Shown: in pieces, positions 8,813 through 18,083 of the stretch
How the letters are laid out: the number at the start of each line of letters is the position of its first letter
Numbering within the stretch: position 1 is the stretch's first letter
Assembly: GCA_044371315.1 (NCBI GenBank)
Contig: JBILTX010000002.1
Coordinates: forward strand, 1-50,106
Source: Alphaproteobacteria bacterium
Lineage (GTDB): Bacteria > Pseudomonadota > Alphaproteobacteria > JAJTHO01 > CANGYM01
Direction: 5' to 3'
DNA: 50,106 nucleotides
Position numbers and translations under genes: made by a program
The notes under the pieces: generated by a model
Told to the model about the DNA's origin: nothing
Databases searched by the model: none
Seen by the model: the letters and a program-made list of their open reading frames with translations, nothing else

Positions 8813-9483
8813 TCAGGATTGTTTTGTTTGGACCCCCAGGGGCGGGGAAAGGCACCCAAGCGGATGCTTTATCGGCCCATTATGGCATTCCAAAGCTGGC
8901 CACGGGGGATATGCTCCGCGCCGCAGTGAAGGCGGGCACCAAAGTGGGTATGCAGGCCAAAGCCCTGATGGAACAGGGGGCTTTGATTCCGGATGAGGTC
9001 ATGATTGATCTGGTGTCAGAGCGTTTGGATGAGTCTGATTGCCGCAGTGGTTTTATTTTGGATGGTTTTCCCCGCACCCTTTCTCAGGCAGAATCCCTGC
9101 ATGATATTTTGGAAAAAAAGCACACCCCTTTAACAGCGGTGATTGTGTTTGATGTGGATGAAAAAGCCTTGGTTGAGCGCATCGAAGGGCGTTTTAGCTG
9201 TGGCACTTGCGGTGCGGGCTATCACCAGACCTTTCATCCGCCCAAGATTGAGGATGTGTGTGATGTTTGCGGGGGAACGTCCTTTACCCGTCGTTCAGAC
9301 GATCGGGCCGAGGTTGTGGTTTCCCGTTTGCGCCTGTATCATGATCAGACGTTGCCCATTTTGCCATTCTATAAAAATTTAGGATTGCTCAAGACCGTTG
9401 ATGGTATGGCCCCCATAGAATCCGTTCGGCGTTCTATTTTTGAAAAACTTGAAGAAAGAGCGTTGACAACGGCAGCAAAGTAA
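8809..9483 (+). CDS. adk: adenylate kinase (four-Cys zinc lid type)
   Basis: P-loop GPPGAGKGTQ and lid CGTCG...CDVCGG. The ATG overlaps the secY stop (ATGA). Confidence 0.97.
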   Translation: MIRIVLFGPPGAGKGTQADALSAHYGIPKLATGDMLRAAVKAGTKVGMQAKALMEQGALIPDEVMIDLVSERLDESDCRSGFILDGFPRTLSQAESLHDILEKKHTPLTAVIVFDVDEKALVERIEGRFSCGTCGAGYHQTFHPPKIEDVCDVCGGTSFTRRSDDRAEVVVSRLRLYHDQTLPILPFYKNLGLLKTVDGMAPIESVRRSIFEKLEERALTTAAK

Positions 9484-9545
9484 CTAAGATGCTTTCTCTT
9501 TTCACATGTTGTGATGGTTGTTTTTAGATAAGGAGTTTTAAGCCT

Positions 9546-9920
9546 GTGGCCCGTATTTCCGGTGTTAACATTCCGACAGCAAAGCGTCTGGTGATTGCTT
9601 TGACTTACATTCATGGGATTGGTCCTGCTGTGGCCCGATCCATTTGCACAGCCGTTGGGGTCGATCCTTCGGTGCGTGTCCATCAGCTCAGCGATGCCGA
9701 CGTTTTGAAAATCCGTTCCTATATTGACGAGAACGTGGTTGTTGAAGGGGATCTTCGTCGTGAAGTTTCCATGAACATTAAGCGATTGACGGATTTGGCG
9801 TGTTATCGTGGCCTGCGTCACCGCAAGCGCCTGCCCGTTCGGGGTCAGCGGACGTCCAGCAATGCCCGCACCCGCAAAGGGAAAGCCGTGGCCATTGCCG
9901 GCAAGAAGAAAACATCATAG
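9546..9920 (+). CDS. rpsM: 30S ribosomal protein S13
   Basis: [29 protein letters not shown] start 9 nt after AAGGAG (9531-9536). Confidence 0.97.
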   Translation: MARISGVNIPTAKRLVIALTYIHGIGPAVARSICTAVGVDPSVRVHQLSDADVLKIRSYIDENVVVEGDLRREVSMNIKRLTDLACYRGLRHRKRLPVRGQRTSSNARTRKGKAVAIAGKKKTS

Positions 9921-9933
9921 TGGATTTTAGGGT

Positions 9934-10332
9934 ATGGCCAAAGCAAAGCAGCAAACAGCGCGTTTAAAGCGTTCTGAGCGTAAAAATATCTCTGTCGGAG
10001 TTGTGCACGTGAATTCCACGTTTAACAACACCATTATCACCATCACAGACCAGCAGGGGAACACCATTGCTTGGTCTACCTCGGGGGCCAATGGGTTTAA
10101 GGGTGCGCGGAAATCCACCCCCTACGCTGCGCAGGTTGCCGCCGAAAAAGCAGCCCGCGATGCCATGGAGCATGGTATGAAAACTGTGGATGTTCAGGTC
10201 AATGGTCCGGGTTCCGGTCGGGAATCGGCTTTGCGTGCGCTGCAATCGGCCGGTTTTATTGTATCGTCCATTCGGGACGTGACCCCTATTCCTCATAATG
10301 GGTGTCGTCCTCCGAAACGTCGTCGTGTTTAA
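9934..10332 (+). CDS. rpsK: 30S ribosomal protein S11
   Basis: ...[30 protein letters not shown]...[13 protein letters not shown]. Confidence 0.97.
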   Translation: MAKAKQQTARLKRSERKNISVGVVHVNSTFNNTIITITDQQGNTIAWSTSGANGFKGARKSTPYAAQVAAEKAARDAMEHGMKTVDVQVNGPGSGRESALRALQSAGFIVSSIRDVTPIPHNGCRPPKRRRV

Positions 10333-10359
10333 TTTCTTTTAGGGCCAAAGGTGAAAAGT

Positions 10360-11379
10360 ATGCTGCAAGAAAACTGGCAAGCGTTGATTAAGCCCACGTC
10401 GATGAAAATCGCTCGGGATGCCTCTAACAAAAATGCCGCCACCATTGTGGTGGAGCCGCTGGAGCGTGGCTTTGGTGTCACCTTGGGAAATGCTCTGCGC
10501 CGTGTTTTGCTGTCTTCTTTGCAAGGGGCCGCCATTACCAATGTGACGTTTAAAAATGTCCTGCACGAATTCTCCTCCATCAACGGTGTGCGGGAAGATG
10601 TCACGGATATTATTTTGAATCTGAAAACCATTGCCGTTTCCGTGCTCAGCGATGGCCGTAAAAAATTATCCTTAAAGGCCAAAGGGCCTTGTGTGGTAAC
10701 AGCGGGCATGATTTCTTTGCCACACGATGTTCAGATTAAAAATCCTGAGGTTGTGATTTGTACCCTCGATAAAGATGCCGAACTGGACGCCGAGTTGCTG
10801 GTGGAAACGGGTAAGGGGTATGTTCCTGCTAACGAAAACCTGCCTAAGGATGCGCCTTTAGGCCTGATCCCCATTGATGCGATTTACAGTCCTGTGCAGC
10901 GTGTGGCGTTTCGCGTTGAGGGTGCTCGTGTTGGACAGGTCACCGATTATGATAAGCTTTTGCTGAGCGTCGAAACCAACGGAACCCTCTCGCCTGAGGA
11001 TGCTGTGGGCTTGGCCAGTCGGATTATTCAGGATCAGTTGCAGCCCTTCATTACCTTTGAAGAGCCCGCCCGTGGCCATACCCGCGCCGACGATCACCCT
11101 GATCTGCCGTTTAATAAAAACTTGCTGCGTAAAGTGGAAGATCTGGAGCTTTCCGTTCGTGCCGCCAACTGTTTGCGTAACGATAACATTGTGTACATTG
11201 GGGATTTGGTTTTGAAAACCGAATATGAAATGCTGCGCACGCCTAATTTTGGCCGGAAATCTTTGAATGAAATCAAAGATGAGCTGGACAAATTGGGGTT
11301 GGCTCTGGGTATGGAAATCCCTGACTGGCCCCCAGAAAACATCGAAGATTTATCCAGACGTATTGAAGAGCCCTTCTAA
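10360..11379 (+). CDS. rpoA: DNA-directed RNA polymerase subunit alpha
   Basis: [12 protein letters not shown]...[28 protein letters not shown] and C-terminal domain [23 protein letters not shown]. The ATG at 10360 fits family N-termini better than the GTG at 10351. Confidence 0.97.
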   Translation: MLQENWQALIKPTSMKIARDASNKNAATIVVEPLERGFGVTLGNALRRVLLSSLQGAAITNVTFKNVLHEFSSINGVREDVTDIILNLKTIAVSVLSDGRKKLSLKAKGPCVVTAGMISLPHDVQIKNPEVVICTLDKDAELDAELLVETGKGYVPANENLPKDAPLGLIPIDAIYSPVQRVAFRVEGARVGQVTDYDKLLLSVETNGTLSPEDAVGLASRIIQDQLQPFITFEEPARGHTRADDHPDLPFNKNLLRKVEDLELSVRAANCLRNDNIVYIGDLVLKTEYEMLRTPNFGRKSLNEIKDELDKLGLALGMEIPDWPPENIEDLSRRIEEPF

Positions 11380-11403
11380 GGCGAACATAAAAGGTGATGT
11401 GTC

Positions 11404-11844
11404 ATGAGACATGGTATTAAAGGTCGTAAACTTAACCGGACGTCTTCCCATCGTTCCGCCATGCTGGCCAATATGGCCTGCGCTTTGGTGAAGCATGAAC
11501 AGATCAAAACCACGTTGCCTAAGGCCCGTGAGCTGCGTCCCTACATCGAAAAAATGGTCAGCCGTGCCCGTGGTGCCACGTTGCATGATCGTCGTGTGTT
11601 GTTTTCTGTTTTGCGGGATGATGCGATTGTTGAAAAGCTGATCACTACGTTGGCGAATCGTTATCAAGACCGTCCTGGGGGCTATACGCGCATTATTAAG
11701 GCGGGCTTTCGCTATGGTGATGCGGCGCCTTTGGCCTATATTGAATTTGTGGATCGTGACATTAACGCCAAAGGGCAAGATTCGGGCCCCAATCAGAGCA
11801 CTTTGTCGGATGACGATTTGAACCCTATTGACCAAGCCCTATAA
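11404..11844 (+). CDS. rplQ: 50S ribosomal protein L17
   Basis: [25 protein letters not shown]... Confidence 0.97.
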   Translation: MRHGIKGRKLNRTSSHRSAMLANMACALVKHEQIKTTLPKARELRPYIEKMVSRARGATLHDRRVLFSVLRDDAIVEKLITTLANRYQDRPGGYTRIIKAGFRYGDAAPLAYIEFVDRDINAKGQDSGPNQSTLSDDDLNPIDQAL

Positions 11845-11877
11845 AGAAAAGCCTTTTTCTTTTGGTTTTATAATGGT

Positions 11878-11908
11878 GGGGGCCTGAAATGCCCCCCGTT
11901 ATTTTTTT
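11878..11908 (+). terminator. probable rho-independent terminator after rplQ
   Basis: GGGGGC (11878-11883), loop ctgaaat, GCCCCC (11891-11896), then a T-rich run (gttattttttt). Confidence 0.5.
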
Positions 11909-12068
11909 GAATTTAAGGACATGGTTTTTTCCTAAAGCAGCAGGGCCCTTTAAAATGTTCTGCCAGATTTTCCATAAAACGTTAGCCATGCCCCCAAAAA
12001 AAGCGTATAAGATAAATAAGGTTTTCACTGTTTCTTAAAAAAAGGAACTTTTTTTGGCGGTATATCCC

Positions 12069-12860
12069 ATGACACGCAGACAAAAGGTTTATGAAGGCAA
12101 GGCCAAAATTCTTTACCGTGGTCAGGCCCCTGGCACGTTGGTGCAGTATTTTAAGGATGATACCACCGCCTTTAATCGCAAAAAATTTGATGTGATAGAG
12201 GGTAAAGGCGTCATCAATAACTTTATCTCCAGCCATATCATGCAAAAACTGGGAGATATTGGCATTCCCACCCATTTTATTAAGCGCATGAACATGCGGG
12301 AGCAGTTGATCCATGAAACCCAGATGATCCCGCTGGAGGTTGTTGTGCGCAACATTGCCGCCGGCAGTTTATGCAAGCGGTTGGGTTTGGAGGAAGGTAA
12401 GCCCTTGCCTCGCCCCCTGATAGAGTATTATTATAAAAACGATGATTTGGATGACCCGCTGGTTAGTGATGAGCATATCCTGATTTTTGAATGGGCCAAT
12501 ACGTTCGAGCTGAACGCCATGATCACCATGGCCCTTCGGATCAACGATTTTCTCTCGGGCTTGATGGCGGGGGTTTCCCTGAAATTGGTGGATTTTAAAA
12601 TAGAATTTGGCCGTTTGCATGGCCCTGATGAAGACGACGTCCAGATTATTCTGGCCGATGAGATCAGCCCTGACAGTTGTCGCCTATGGGATGCCATCAC
12701 CAACGAAGTTTTGGATAAAGACCGTTTTCGCCGCGATATGGGTCAGGTGAAAGAATCCTATCAAGAGGTTGCTCGCCGTTTGGGGGTTTTGCCTGATGGT
12801 GTGGTTTTGGGGCGGATCGATCCCATGGTCAGCCCAGATGAAGAACCTGAAGCCCCTTGA
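12069..12860 (+). CDS. purC: phosphoribosylaminoimidazole-succinocarboxamide (SAICAR) synthase
   Basis: [36 protein letters not shown]... Confidence 0.93.
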   Translation: MTRRQKVYEGKAKILYRGQAPGTLVQYFKDDTTAFNRKKFDVIEGKGVINNFISSHIMQKLGDIGIPTHFIKRMNMREQLIHETQMIPLEVVVRNIAAGSLCKRLGLEEGKPLPRPLIEYYYKNDDLDDPLVSDEHILIFEWANTFELNAMITMALRINDFLSGLMAGVSLKLVDFKIEFGRLHGPDEDDVQIILADEISPDSCRLWDAITNEVLDKDRFRRDMGQVKESYQEVARRLGVLPDGVVLGRIDPMVSPDEEPEAP

Positions 12861-12902
12861 TCGTTTTCGTTTATGATTTTGTTTTTCTAAAGGAGTCCCA
12901 TC

Positions 12903-13148
12903 GTGCAGGTTACTGTCACTGTTTTTTTAAAATCTGGGATTTTGGACCCTGAAAGTCAAGCCGTGTTGCAAGCCGTTCACTCTTTGGGGGAAACGCAAGT
13001 TCAAAATTTGACGCAAAAACGTCAATTTGTTTTTGATGTTCTCACCCACGATGAGAAGGAGGCTTTGGTTATTGGAGAGCGTTTAGGTCGTGACCTATTG
13101 GCAAATCCCGTGATGCAGCGTTTTGATGTTGTGGTTAAGGAAAAATAG
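12903..13148 (+). CDS. purS: phosphoribosylformylglycinamidine synthase subunit PurS
   Basis: 81 aa, VTVFLKSGILDPESQAV. GTG start 7 nt after AGGAG (12891-12895). Confidence 0.85.
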   Translation: MQVTVTVFLKSGILDPESQAVLQAVHSLGETQVQNLTQKRQFVFDVLTHDEKEALVIGERLGRDLLANPVMQRFDVVVKEK

Positions 13149-13161
13149 GATTGATGATCTC

Positions 13162-13593
13162 ATGACGTCCCATGTTTTGATTGCTGCAGATCACAGGGGG
13201 TTGACCCTAAAAGCCTATTTAAAAGAGGAATTGACCCAGCAAGGTTATAGTGTTGCTGATTTAGGCACTCACACCGAAACCGCTGTGGATTATCCGGATA
13301 TTGCTGCTGCTATGGCAGAGGCTTTGTTGAATAAGCCAAAAGACAAGGGCATTCTGATTTGCGGCAGCGGGATTGGTATTTCTATCGCTGCCAACCGGTA
13401 TCGTCATTTGCGGGCGGCTTTGTGTCACGATCATCTTTCAGCCAGACTGGCTCGTTTGCATAATGACGCCAACGTTTTGGTTTTGGGATCTGGTTTTGTG
13501 GGCATGGCTGTGGCTATGGACGCGACGTTAACGTTTCTTAAGACGTCTTTTGAGGGCGGCCGTCATACCGTTCGTGTGGATAAAATGGGATAA
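13162..13593 (+). CDS. rpiB: ribose 5-phosphate isomerase B
   Basis: MTSHVLIAADHRGLTLK...GILICGSGIGISIAANR...VLVLGS. The ATG at 13162 is preferred. Confidence 0.88.
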   Translation: MTSHVLIAADHRGLTLKAYLKEELTQQGYSVADLGTHTETAVDYPDIAAAMAEALLNKPKDKGILICGSGIGISIAANRYRHLRAALCHDHLSARLARLHNDANVLVLGSGFVGMAVAMDATLTFLKTSFEGGRHTVRVDKMG

Positions 13594-13596
13594 ACC

Positions 13597-14466
13597 TTAA
13601 GGGAAAACGGGATATTGTTTTTGCATATCCGTTTGTATAAACTGTGCAGGGGGTCTGGACCCTTTTTTCCAGTGATACCAGATGTGGTTTTCATTAAAAG
13701 AATAAATGGGCACAAGATAGGTGATATCCCGTGTGATGCTGATGTCATTTTTGGTTTCATCCAACATTAATACATCTGTGTTGGCATAAATAAGCGTAAC
13801 AGCCCGATAAATGTTTTTTTGTTGATCGAAAACGATAGCAATCCTTAGTCGTTCAGGGAAAATCCCTAAAAGCCTGAAACTGATGTATTTCACTAGGGCA
13901 AAATCTTCGCTGTCCCCACCAAAGGCCAAAAAATCTTCGGGGTCTTTCCATGTATCTCCTGATCCAGTGGCATCGCTATCGTGATGGTACGGGGTTCGAT
14001 TCACAAACGCTTGAACTGCTTCGATTTGTGCTTTTTGAGAAAGATACGATGTTTGTTTTAGAAAAACCTGCCATTGATGAAAGAGAGATTCGTTTTGTGC
14101 ATCGCCTGAAAGGATAATTGGGTTTTTAAAAGCCACGCGGGCTTTTTGTAAAAACTGCTGCAAAGCTTCAATTTTTCCCACATAAGCAGAGGGATTATCG
14201 AAAGATAGTTCATTGGTCCCAAAGACTTTTTGACCACGGGGGGGCGCAATGTTTAAATCCATCAGAGCATCTGGGGTGTAAATTCCCGATCGATCAATGG
14301 ATTTGGGTTTTTTTGTGTTTGGGATCTCTTTTTTAGTTTGTTTTGTTTGCGTTTTTTTAGAAGAAGACAGTTCTTGGTTGGGTAATCCAACAGAGGCCCA
14401 TGCGGTCAGCATAAATCCCAACAAAAAAACAAACACAAAGAAAAAAAGACGAAACATGGGAACCAT
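13597..14466 (-). CDS. LapG/BTLCP-family (bacterial transglutaminase-like cysteine peptidase) homologue, probably catalytically inactive
   Basis: Signal peptide, K/T/Q-rich linker, then VNRTPYHHDSDATGSGDTWKDPEDFLAFGGDSEDFALVKY...YRAVTLIY...LMLDE. This matches the family core as I remember it (GDCEDYA...HAV...LDN), but with Ser186 and Arg221 at the Cys and His positions. About 34% G+C in sampled lines. Confidence 0.6.
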   Translation of the reverse strand: MVPMFRLFFFVFVFLLGFMLTAWASVGLPNQELSSSKKTQTKQTKKEIPNTKKPKSIDRSGIYTPDALMDLNIAPPRGQKVFGTNELSFDNPSAYVGKIEALQQFLQKARVAFKNPIILSGDAQNESLFHQWQVFLKQTSYLSQKAQIEAVQAFVNRTPYHHDSDATGSGDTWKDPEDFLAFGGDSEDFALVKYISFRLLGIFPERLRIAIVFDQQKNIYRAVTLIYANTDVLMLDETKNDISITRDITYLVPIYSFNENHIWYHWKKGSRPPAQFIQTDMQKQYPVFP

Positions 14467-14650
14467 TTGAAAAAATGATTTTGAAAAAAGATTGCTTTAG
14501 TATACCGCGAAAATCTCACCAAAACCTTTAGGAGGCTTTTAATTTTAAAAGGCTTGGTTTGCCCCCCATAGAAAAGGTGATGGCATTAAAAAATTGTTTT
14601 TTTCCACTTGGATTTTTGATGACCGTGGGTGTATTCTTTTTGAAAAATTT

Positions 14651-15214
14651 TTAAGGGAGCGTGATAGAGGCGTTATCCCCACCACGGTATTCCAAAACAG
14701 GAGAAAGCACTAAGCTGTACCTTCCCACAGGGGATTCAGGGGACAAAGATAGTGTTGCCCCGATAAAAACTGTATCCATCCCAAAATAGTTCAGTCTAGC
14801 AACATTACTGATTTGTGAAATCTTGGTGCTGAACAGCACAAAATCTTGCGCTTGTGCAGGGGTAGCTGTAGGTTTAGGGGGCGCAGAGATGGGTAAAAGA
14901 GGGATCTTGGGATCCAAAGACATGTTCACTTGGGTGTTGCGCTCTCCAGTGATGGACAGACGAGCGGGGCCGTAAAGGTCGTTGGGTTTAAGATCAATAT
15001 CCCCGATAACGTCCCGTTTTCCATTGGGATAAACAATAATTTTGGCCGGCCCCCTGATGGCAAGAACCGTTCCAAAAACCAACGGGTCGTTTTCAAAAAT
15101 TTGTAGGGTTGCCCGTTTTTTAGGGGGTTTTGTAGGTTCGGAAAAAGCTCCCCCCATAGGGGGGACTAAACAACTAAGCATAAAAAACCATAAAAAAATG
15201 CGCAGACAAACCAT
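14651..15214 (-). CDS. DUF4402-like secreted beta-rich protein
   Basis: Signal peptide, then the pattern L.FG.v...G...v.P.G.R......PA.L.ITGE.N..V...L...............F........G....IGATL.L......G.Y typical of DUF4402/SCPU-like proteins. It starts 14 nt after the cysNC stop. Confidence 0.45.
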   Translation of the reverse strand: MVCLRIFLWFFMLSCLVPPMGGAFSEPTKPPKKRATLQIFENDPLVFGTVLAIRGPAKIIVYPNGKRDVIGDIDLKPNDLYGPARLSITGERNTQVNMSLDPKIPLLPISAPPKPTATPAQAQDFVLFSTKISQISNVARLNYFGMDTVFIGATLSLSPESPVGRYSLVLSPVLEYRGGDNASITLP

Positions 15215-15228
15215 GCTTTCCCAAGGGA

Positions 15229-17103
15229 TTAAATGCTATATCCCCAAACTTTGGTATCCAGGGCAAAATGGTCCTCAACATAACGCACGAGGATTTCAAG
15301 GGCTTCCTCGGGGGATAAAGATTCTGTATCAATCACCAAATCGGGGGATTGAGGCGGTTCATATGGGGCTGAAACACCTGTAAATTCAGGAATTTCCCCA
15401 GACCTAGCTTTTTTATAAAGCCCCTTGGGGTCCCGTGATTCACAGGTGGCCAGATCCGCTTTGATATAAACCTCATGAAACGGCAATGTTCCAGCGATCT
15501 CCCGAACACGGGACCGATCCGTTAAATAAGGGGCAATAAACGCAGTGATGACCAGCATGCCAGCCTCAGCAAACAATCGAGACACCTCTGCCACACGGCG
15601 AAGGTTTTCCTGACGATCATCGGGGGAAAAGCCAAGATCCGAGGATAGGTGCCGGCGGATGTTGTCCCCATCCAAAACGTAAACGCGGTATCCTTTTTGA
15701 AACATGGCTTTTTCCAGAGCCAGAGAGAGGGTTGTCTTTCCCGATCCGGAAAGACCCGTAAAAAACAAAATGCCGGCGCGGTGGTTGTTTTGGGCTTCGC
15801 GGTGGGGCAGTTCCACCTTGTGTTCCACAGGGGTTAGATAGGGGTTGTGAAGATCATGGCTGCGCTGGTTGGGAAAGCCTTCTGTGCTGATCACCCCACC
15901 ACCGGCAATGTCATAGCCATCCACCAAAACAAAACGTCCCATGGTATCGTGGGCGCGGAAATCATCTAGAGCAATTTTGGTATGCGTGCGAATCAGAACA
16001 TCCGCAATGGCATGACGTGGAATTTCTGTTGTGGATTGTTCAGACAGGTTTCCCATATCCACAACCCGCTCAATGGCTTCGATACGGGCTGGCAGGGCAT
16101 GGGTGTGAACCTTCAGTTTATAGGTGGCCCCGACTCTCGCCGATTGATTGCCCAGCCAAAACAGACGTGCCCGAAAAACATTGGTTTCAAAGGGGGCATG
16201 TTCAGGATGGGCAATAACCTGACCACGTTCAACAAACAGTTGTTCGCTGAGGGTTAGAGCCACTGATTGCCCTGCTTTGGCGGCCAAAATGGGGGTTTCG
16301 GGTTCAGGAAAAGCCTCAATCGATTTAATTTGTGTTGTTTTTCCTGTGGGACTAATGACGATGGTATCCCCTACGCGCAGACGGCCGCTTTCAAGGCGTC
16401 CGGCAATAATCCGGCGATGATCCAATTTATAAACATCTTGGACGGGAAAACGCAGGGGCAAATTGACCAAAGATTGACGCGCTGAACACTGGATCATCGC
16501 TTGAACCACTGTGGGTCCATCGTACCATGGCATAGAGGGTGCGGGATCCTTTAAGTTTTCACCATTGCGGGCCGATATAGGAATCATAGCCCGCGCTTCC
16601 AAATGAAGGCTGGCCAGATAAGCCCTGTAATCGGTGCATAGCCTCTCATATGCCGCTTCGCTATAGTCCACTAGGTCCATTTTGTTGATCACAACAATCA
16701 ACTGCTTGATATTCAACAGTTGAGCCAGGGCCGCATGGCGCTTAGACTGTTCCTGAATCCCCTCGCTGGCATCAATGAGCAGCAGGGCGGCATCGGCGTT
16801 GGCCGCGCCCGTGATCATGTTTTTGATAAATTCGCGGTGGCCTGGGGCATCAATGATAGTGTGGGTGTCATCCCCGATTTTCAGGGGAATATGGGCCGTA
16901 TCAATGGTAATGCCTTGATCCCGCTCGGCCTTTAGCCCATCCATCACAAAGGCCCATTCAAACGGCATACCCCGTCGTTTGCACATGGCCTGAATGGCGT
17001 CCATCTTCCCGTCTTTCAGGTTGCCAGTTTCATAAATCAAACGGCCCACTAGGGTGGATTTTCCATGGTCAACGTGACCGATAATGGCAAAATGGGTGTT
17101 CAT
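15229..17103 (-). CDS. cysNC: bifunctional sulfate adenylyltransferase subunit 1 (GTPase) / adenylylsulfate kinase
   Basis: N-terminal translational-GTPase motifs GHVDHGKST, DAPGH and NKMD. C-terminal APS-kinase domain with P-loop GLSGSGKTT and VYVLDGDNIRRHL. 624 aa, NodQ-like. Confidence 0.9.
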   Translation of the reverse strand: MNTHFAIIGHVDHGKSTLVGRLIYETGNLKDGKMDAIQAMCKRRGMPFEWAFVMDGLKAERDQGITIDTAHIPLKIGDDTHTIIDAPGHREFIKNMITGAANADAALLLIDASEGIQEQSKRHAALAQLLNIKQLIVVINKMDLVDYSEAAYERLCTDYRAYLASLHLEARAMIPISARNGENLKDPAPSMPWYDGPTVVQAMIQCSARQSLVNLPLRFPVQDVYKLDHRRIIAGRLESGRLRVGDTIVISPTGKTTQIKSIEAFPEPETPILAAKAGQSVALTLSEQLFVERGQVIAHPEHAPFETNVFRARLFWLGNQSARVGATYKLKVHTHALPARIEAIERVVDMGNLSEQSTTEIPRHAIADVLIRTHTKIALDDFRAHDTMGRFVLVDGYDIAGGGVISTEGFPNQRSHDLHNPYLTPVEHKVELPHREAQNNHRAGILFFTGLSGSGKTTLSLALEKAMFQKGYRVYVLDGDNIRRHLSSDLGFSPDDRQENLRRVAEVSRLFAEAGMLVITAFIAPYLTDRSRVREIAGTLPFHEVYIKADLATCESRDPKGLYKKARSGEIPEFTGVSAPYEPPQSPDLVIDTESLSPEEALEILVRYVEDHFALDTKVWGYSI

Positions 17104-17201
17104 AGCGATAAAAATAGAGAAGGATGAAGGAATGTTTGCATGGAAACTCTATACCTTAGATTGGTCTTGGCAGCAAGATGGTACCCACAGGGCGATATGA
17201 T

Positions 17202-17579
17202 TTAGGTTTGGGAAATATCCACCCCTTCTTTTTCCCCAAAGACTTTTTCTGCAGCCAAGGAGAATTTTTCACCCATATCCGCCAAATAAACAGAACCATT
17301 GATGGTGCGTTGGACAAAAATGCTGCGGCCATCGTCGGGATCAGGTTTTCTTTTGACAAAGCCCAAATCCTGAAGTTTATCAATGGCTCTGGTGATGGCG
17401 GGTTTGGCGATGCCCAAATGGGATGACAGGCTGCGAACGGTATGGGGTCCAGGTTTTAAATAAACGGCCAAAATCAGGTTTAATTGCCGAATGGTTAAAT
17501 CGGGCAAGTGATCTTTGACCAACCCTCCCATCATATCGTGGCATAATTCCAACAGAAGTTTTTGATCAGGGGTGGCCAT
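17202..17579 (-). CDS. MarR-family transcriptional regulator
   Basis: From MATPDQKLL...; winged-HTH HTVRSLSSHLGIAKPAITRAIDKLQDLGFVKRKPDPDDGR. This start avoids overlap with ridA. Confidence 0.75.
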   Translation of the reverse strand: MATPDQKLLLELCHDMMGGLVKDHLPDLTIRQLNLILAVYLKPGPHTVRSLSSHLGIAKPAITRAIDKLQDLGFVKRKPDPDDGRSIFVQRTINGSVYLADMGEKFSLAAEKVFGEKEGVDISQT

Positions 17580-17583
17580 AATG

Positions 17584-18057
17584 TTAGGTCTCGATCCAAA
17601 ACGTCGCACCGACCTCAACGCATGCCCCTTTGGGCAGGGAGGCGCAGCCAATGGCAGCGCGGCTATGACGACCGATTTCTGGTCCCAAGATTTGAACCAT
17701 CAGATCCGAAGCCCCGTTGGCCACAGCGGGATGATTCACAAAATCAGGGCCTGCATTCACAAAAACAGACAGTTGAACACAGCGCAAAAGACGGGACCAA
17801 TGGCCATGCAAAGCACTTCTGACTTGACCCAAAACATGGAGCCCACAGAGACGGGCAGCCTCATAACCTTGGTCTTCTGAGAGGGATTTCCCCAAGCATC
17901 CTTGAAGAATCTGTCCTCCGTCCTGAAGGGGAAGCTGTCCTGAAACCGAAAGAAGGGGGCCTGCCACGACAAAGGGGACATAATTTCCCGCTACCGATGC
18001 GGGCTCTGGTAACGTAATTCCCAAGGATTCAAGACGCTGAACGATGGGATGAATCAT
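17584..18057 (-). CDS. RidA/YjgF-family protein
   Basis: 157 aa. ...YVPFVVAGPLLSVSGQLPL... and C-terminal ...AIGCASLPKGACVEVGATF are typical of the RidA family. Confidence 0.75.
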   Translation of the reverse strand: MIHPIVQRLESLGITLPEPASVAGNYVPFVVAGPLLSVSGQLPLQDGGQILQGCLGKSLSEDQGYEAARLCGLHVLGQVRSALHGHWSRLLRCVQLSVFVNAGPDFVNHPAVANGASDLMVQILGPEIGRHSRAAIGCASLPKGACVEVGATFWIET

Positions 18058-18083
18058 AAAAAATCCCCGAAAGACGGTTTCTT

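Noticed and set aside
12069-13593. purC-purS followed by rpiB instead of purQ/purL
   Set aside because: This is mild gene-order variation. All three ORFs look intact, and purQ/purL are probably elsewhere. Nothing in the sequence suggests a functional novelty.
13975-14000. GGTTCGATTC string resembling a tRNA T-loop
   Set aside because: It lies inside the BTLCP-like coding region, and no complementary T-stem, acceptor or anticodon arms flank it.
14467-14650. AT-rich 184-nt spacer with an imperfect hairpin (AGGCTTTT-aatttt-AAAAGGCT) between the DUF4402-like and BTLCP-like genes
   Set aside because: The stem has a central mismatch, is almost all A-T, and is not followed by a T-tract on the transcribed (minus) strand. 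It is too weak to call a terminator or an sRNA.
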